DNA of 64,000 nucleotides, from assembly GCA_963841915.1 (NCBI GenBank), contig CAWJEN010000006.1, positions 1,536,001 to 1,600,000 on the forward strand, in the 5' to 3' direction. The DNA is from an uncultured Planctomycetota bacterium (GTDB lineage: Bacteria > Planctomycetota > Phycisphaerae > Tepidisphaerales > Tepidisphaeraceae). The notes under the pieces are model-generated. The model did no database searches. It was not told where the DNA came from and worked only from the letters and a program-made list of their open reading frames with translations. Positions within the stretch are counted from its first letter, which is position 1, and each line of letters begins with the position of its first letter. The position numbers and the translations under genes are program-made. Positions 60,894-64,000 of this stretch are shown piece by piece.

Positions 60894-62627
60894 TTACGCG
60901 TTGCCGATGCGTGGGCCGGTCTGCACGAACTTCAAGAGCGATCGCCAATCGGCGAATGTCGCGACGCTGGCGAAGAGCACTTCTGCAGCGGTCGTTGCGA
61001 CGCGGAGCAGCAGGGACAGGAAGAACAGGAACGCCCACCAGGCGTCCTGCCACTGGACCGGGTTGAACAGGTCGAAGAAGCCCGTCGGATTCTCGAACTC
61101 GCGGGCCATGGCAGTCTGGCGAAAACCCTCAATGGCAGCCTCCTTGACGTCTTCTGGGAGGAGCAGTGCTAGCGCGCCGACGAAGACAAGCTCGCGAATG
61201 CCGATGCCTGCCGGCGCGAACTTGGCGAGGTGCCCGACTGAGAATGCGAGCGCCCAGGCGGCCAAGACCGGCATGAAGACGTGGCCCCAATCGTCAGGCG
61301 CAAGCGGTCCACTGATGAGCAACCAGACGGCGGTGCCTTGCCAGGCGACGCCTGCGGTTTGCCACAGCGCCAGCGGCAGCAATCGACCGCCGGCCAGTCG
61401 AGTGCGGCCGCCGCGACCGATGAGGGGCATCAGCCGGTAGAACACCTTCGGCGAGGCCAGAATGAGGTTAGCCGGCACCAGCGCCAGCAACGCCATCCAC
61501 AAAGGTCGCCACGCCGGGGCGTCGGTCCATAGCGACCACCATGCTCCGATGCAGGCCACGATGAGAGCACCGACCAAAGCGAGCCCACTCTCGGTTCGGC
61601 CGGCCGCGTGGGCTTGTGGGCCACTGGCGCCATAGGGCCGCACGAGTTCCATCCGCAGCACAACAAAGGTGCGGCCCGGCACGATCCGCGCCAGGTGACC
61701 CAGCGACCAGATCCTTGTCGCCGGCCGCACCGGCATCGGCCGTCCAAGGCCGCGTAACACCTGCCACCACGTCGAGGCCCGGAACAATAACAAGCCGAGC
61801 GCGAACATGGTCGTGCCGAGCACGATCGACAGGACGTCGAGTTGCCCCAGCCGATCCTCGACCGACTGCCATTCGTCCACCACCGGCTCGACGACGAAGA
61901 AGAGCACGCCCATCGTCAGTGTCACGACGACGAGCCTGCGGAACCACGGCGACAGCTGCCTCGCCAGACGAACGAGCTTTTGCCGCTGTGTCGCGTCGAG
62001 ACCGATGATCTCGTCGCTGACCATTTCGGTCGCTCCGCCGATGCGTCGCCTGCGGGTCGGCAGCAGGCGGACGCCGTATTTGCGAAGCGTCTTGCGGAGG
62101 AACTTACGGATCGGCGGGACCCAGCGGGTCAAGACGATGTTGAGCAGCCACAGGCCGACCCAGGTGACGCCCATCGTGACCGGTGCCGCCAAGGCGGTGA
62201 TGCCGACCAACTTGGCGACGGTGCCGACGCCGTAGTCCTGAAGCGGCAGTCGGGCGACGATGCGCTCGTAGTAGTGCCACGCCGCCCACATCAGGCCTGC
62301 CGTGACGAGCACACTGAAGAAGGTGATGAGCCCGGTAAAGAGGGTCGACTCGATCGGCAGGCGTCTGCCGCGGAAGACGTGCGTTGTGATCTTCCGCTTC
62401 CCCGGCAGCGTCACAAGGGCAAAGCCGACGATGAACAACGGAATCCCACCCGGACCGGGGAGCAGCACGCCCAGGATCGGGCTGGCCAAGATAAATACCC
62501 AGCCGACCACGTTCTTCAGGACGAAGACGAGGTAGTTGCGGACGACGCGGTCGAACCACGAGAGCTCACTGACTGGCGTTCTACGCTCACGCGGCAACGT
62601 CGGCTTGTTCGTCTCGACGTCGTCCAC
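60894..62627 (-). CDS. Membrane protein: PGPGW-like N-domain plus lysylphosphatidylglycerol-synthase-type TM domain
   Basis: LLPGPGG; R..PG; PAGIGIRE motif; many TM helices. Confidence 0.65.
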   Translation of the reverse strand: MDDVETNKPTLPRERRTPVSELSWFDRVVRNYLVFVLKNVVGWVFILASPILGVLLPGPGGIPLFIVGFALVTLPGKRKITTHVFRGRRLPIESTLFTGLITFFSVLVTAGLMWAAWHYYERIVARLPLQDYGVGTVAKLVGITALAAPVTMGVTWVGLWLLNIVLTRWVPPIRKFLRKTLRKYGVRLLPTRRRRIGGATEMVSDEIIGLDATQRQKLVRLARQLSPWFRRLVVVTLTMGVLFFVVEPVVDEWQSVEDRLGQLDVLSIVLGTTMFALGLLLFRASTWWQVLRGLGRPMPVRPATRIWSLGHLARIVPGRTFVVLRMELVRPYGASGPQAHAAGRTESGLALVGALIVACIGAWWSLWTDAPAWRPLWMALLALVPANLILASPKVFYRLMPLIGRGGRTRLAGGRLLPLALWQTAGVAWQGTAVWLLISGPLAPDDWGHVFMPVLAAWALAFSVGHLAKFAPAGIGIRELVFVGALALLLPEDVKEAAIEGFRQTAMAREFENPTGFFDLFNPVQWQDAWWAFLFFLSLLLRVATTAAEVLFASVATFADWRSLLKFVQTGPRIGNA

Positions 62628-62716
62628 GGGCGCGGCAGCATAGAGGACAAGCAGCCCGGTGCGTCGACAACCCTTCGAGAACCCGCTCGTGCCTCCATAG
62701 CGGTCCTGCCCACGCG

Positions 62717-63130
62717 TCAGGCGTCACTGGAGGAAAATGCATTCTCATAGTGACGCACCACGGACTCGGCCCCACCCGGCAGCACGACCGCCACGATGTC
62801 GAATCTGACGACCGGGTCGTCATCAAGCGTCCGACGGTGGGCGGCGGCGACCTTGAGGATCTGGCGTCGCTTGTGGTGCCCGACGCGAAGTTCCGGCTGA
62901 CTGTCGGCCCGTTCGCCCGTCTTGACCTCGACATAGACGATCTGGTCGCCGGTTCGGCAGATCAGGTCGAGCTCGCCGCTCGGGCAGGACCAATTGCGGG
63001 CCACGATGCTGTAGCCGAGCTTGCGGAAGAATTGTGCAGCAACGTCTTCGCCACGACGACCGAGTTCGTGATGCTTGCCGCGACGGACGGTCGGGCGTTG
63101 TAGGTGCGAGACGAGCTTGCGGAGCCACAC
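62717..63130 (-). CDS. yraN: YraN (UPF0102) family nuclease-like protein
   Basis: LG..GE..A...GY.IV.RNW....GELDLI......VYVEVK, RFDIVAV. Confidence 0.9.
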   Translation of the reverse strand: MWLRKLVSHLQRPTVRRGKHHELGRRGEDVAAQFFRKLGYSIVARNWSCPSGELDLICRTGDQIVYVEVKTGERADSQPELRVGHHKRRQILKVAAAHRRTLDDDPVVRFDIVAVVLPGGAESVVRHYENAFSSSDA

Positions 63131-63277
63131 GGGCCGACTGTAGAACCGTCTTTGAGCGGCCTGTGGGATTGCGAGCGTTGCCGCGGCCGATGAAGGGGCT
63201 ATAGTGCCGGCCCGACTTGGCCGGCGTGGCCTTGTCCCCATACGCACTGCCCCTAGATAAAGCTCCGACTTCCTCAG

Positions 63278-63613
63278 ATGGCTGTTAAGATTCGCCTTAC
63301 TCGCATGGGCCGCCGGCACCGCCCGTTTTACCGGGTCTACGCCATCAACGACCAGAGCAAGCGCGACGGCCGTCCGCTCGAACAGCTCGGTCACTACGAC
63401 CCGCTCGAAGCTGATCAGGACAAGCAGTTTGTTTGCGACCTGGACCGTGCCAAGTACTGGCTCGGCGTTGGCGCAATCCCCAGCGAGACGGTCAGCACCT
63501 TGCTCAAGAAGGCCGGTGTCGAGCACAAAATGCTCCGCCTGCCCAAGCCGGGTAAGCCCAAGCCGGTTGAAGGTGAAGAGGCCAAGGGCGAAGAAGCCAA
63601 GGCCGACGCCTGA
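63278..63613 (+). CDS. rpsP: 30S ribosomal protein S16
   Basis: MAVKIRL.R.G....PFYR, RDG..LE.LG.Y.P, WL..GA.PS.TV. Confidence 0.96.
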   Translation: MAVKIRLTRMGRRHRPFYRVYAINDQSKRDGRPLEQLGHYDPLEADQDKQFVCDLDRAKYWLGVGAIPSETVSTLLKKAGVEHKMLRLPKPGKPKPVEGEEAKGEEAKADA

Positions 63614-63637
63614 GGCCAATGCTTTAAGTGAACGAGA

Positions 63638-63672
63638 CGACGGGAGACGAGCCACCGGCTTCGTCTCCCGTT
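63638..63672 (+). terminator. Hairpin between rpsP and trmD
   Basis: gacgggagacgagcc-acc-ggcttcgtctcccgtt. Confidence 0.5.
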
Positions 63673-63717
63673 GCTTTGTGTCGTCTCGGTGACGCTGCTC
63701 GCCAATGCCCGCTCCGC

Positions 63718-64000
63718 ATGCTCCGCATCGATGTTGTCAGCCTCTTTCCCGAGATGTACGCGGGCGTGCTCGGCACCTCGATTCCCAAGCGAGCGGCCGA
63801 CAAAAGGCTTGTCGAATACGCGCTGACCGACATCCGCCCATTCGGTGAGGGCAAGTATGGCAAAATCGACGACCGCCCGTTCGGCGGTGGGCCCGGCATG
63901 ATCATGATGCCGCAGGTGCTTGCCGCGGCGACCGATCACGCGCTGGCACTTGACGCCAGACCCGCCCGGCGGCTGCTAATGACACCGGTCGGTAAGCCAT
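63718..64000 (+). CDS. trmD: tRNA (guanine-N1)-methyltransferase, 3' end outside window
   Basis: Own translation: MLRIDVVSLFPE...IDDRPFGGGPGM; follows rpsP. Confidence 0.92.
   Translation, partial: MLRIDVVSLFPEMYAGVLGTSIPKRAADKRLVEYALTDIRPFGEGKYGKIDDRPFGGGPGMIMMPQVLAAATDHALALDARPARRLLMTPVGKP

Overview
High-GC bacterial chromosomal window, most likely from a planctomycete of the Phycisphaerae type. This is inferred from PEP-CTERM and dockerin-like proteins, oversized prepilin proteins and split operons. 1-15.5 kb is a type IV filament (T2SS/T4P-like) operon: a PilC/GspF platform, four GspG-like pilins, and GspH-, PilV-, PilW- and PilX-like minor pilins, the last broken by many indels. A ~1.4 kb cassette interrupts this operon. 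It consists of a non-coding 21-bp-period array (11 units, palindromic CGGNNCCG core, 13-bp variable spacers) followed by an uncharacterised gene ending in ...QLAA. A second 21-bp-period array (35994-36140) precedes a deleted remnant of a comparable gene ending ...LRIAA, and a third remnant ending ...LRIAA follows acs. This recurring array-plus-gene module is the best candidate for an undescribed system. The rest is mostly housekeeping: gltB, queC, bshB1-like, ABC transporters, sucD, dinB, a DUF4130-UdgX fusion, ruvA, acs, ftsK, metY, M16 and M24 peptidases, mdh, rsmD, yraN, rpsP and trmD. The window also carries three perfect parS palindromes (likely origin-proximal), several REP-like inverted-repeat families, and TANNNT boxes 5-8 nt before many start codons, suggesting widespread leaderless transcription. 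All family assignments come from motif recognition, not database searches.
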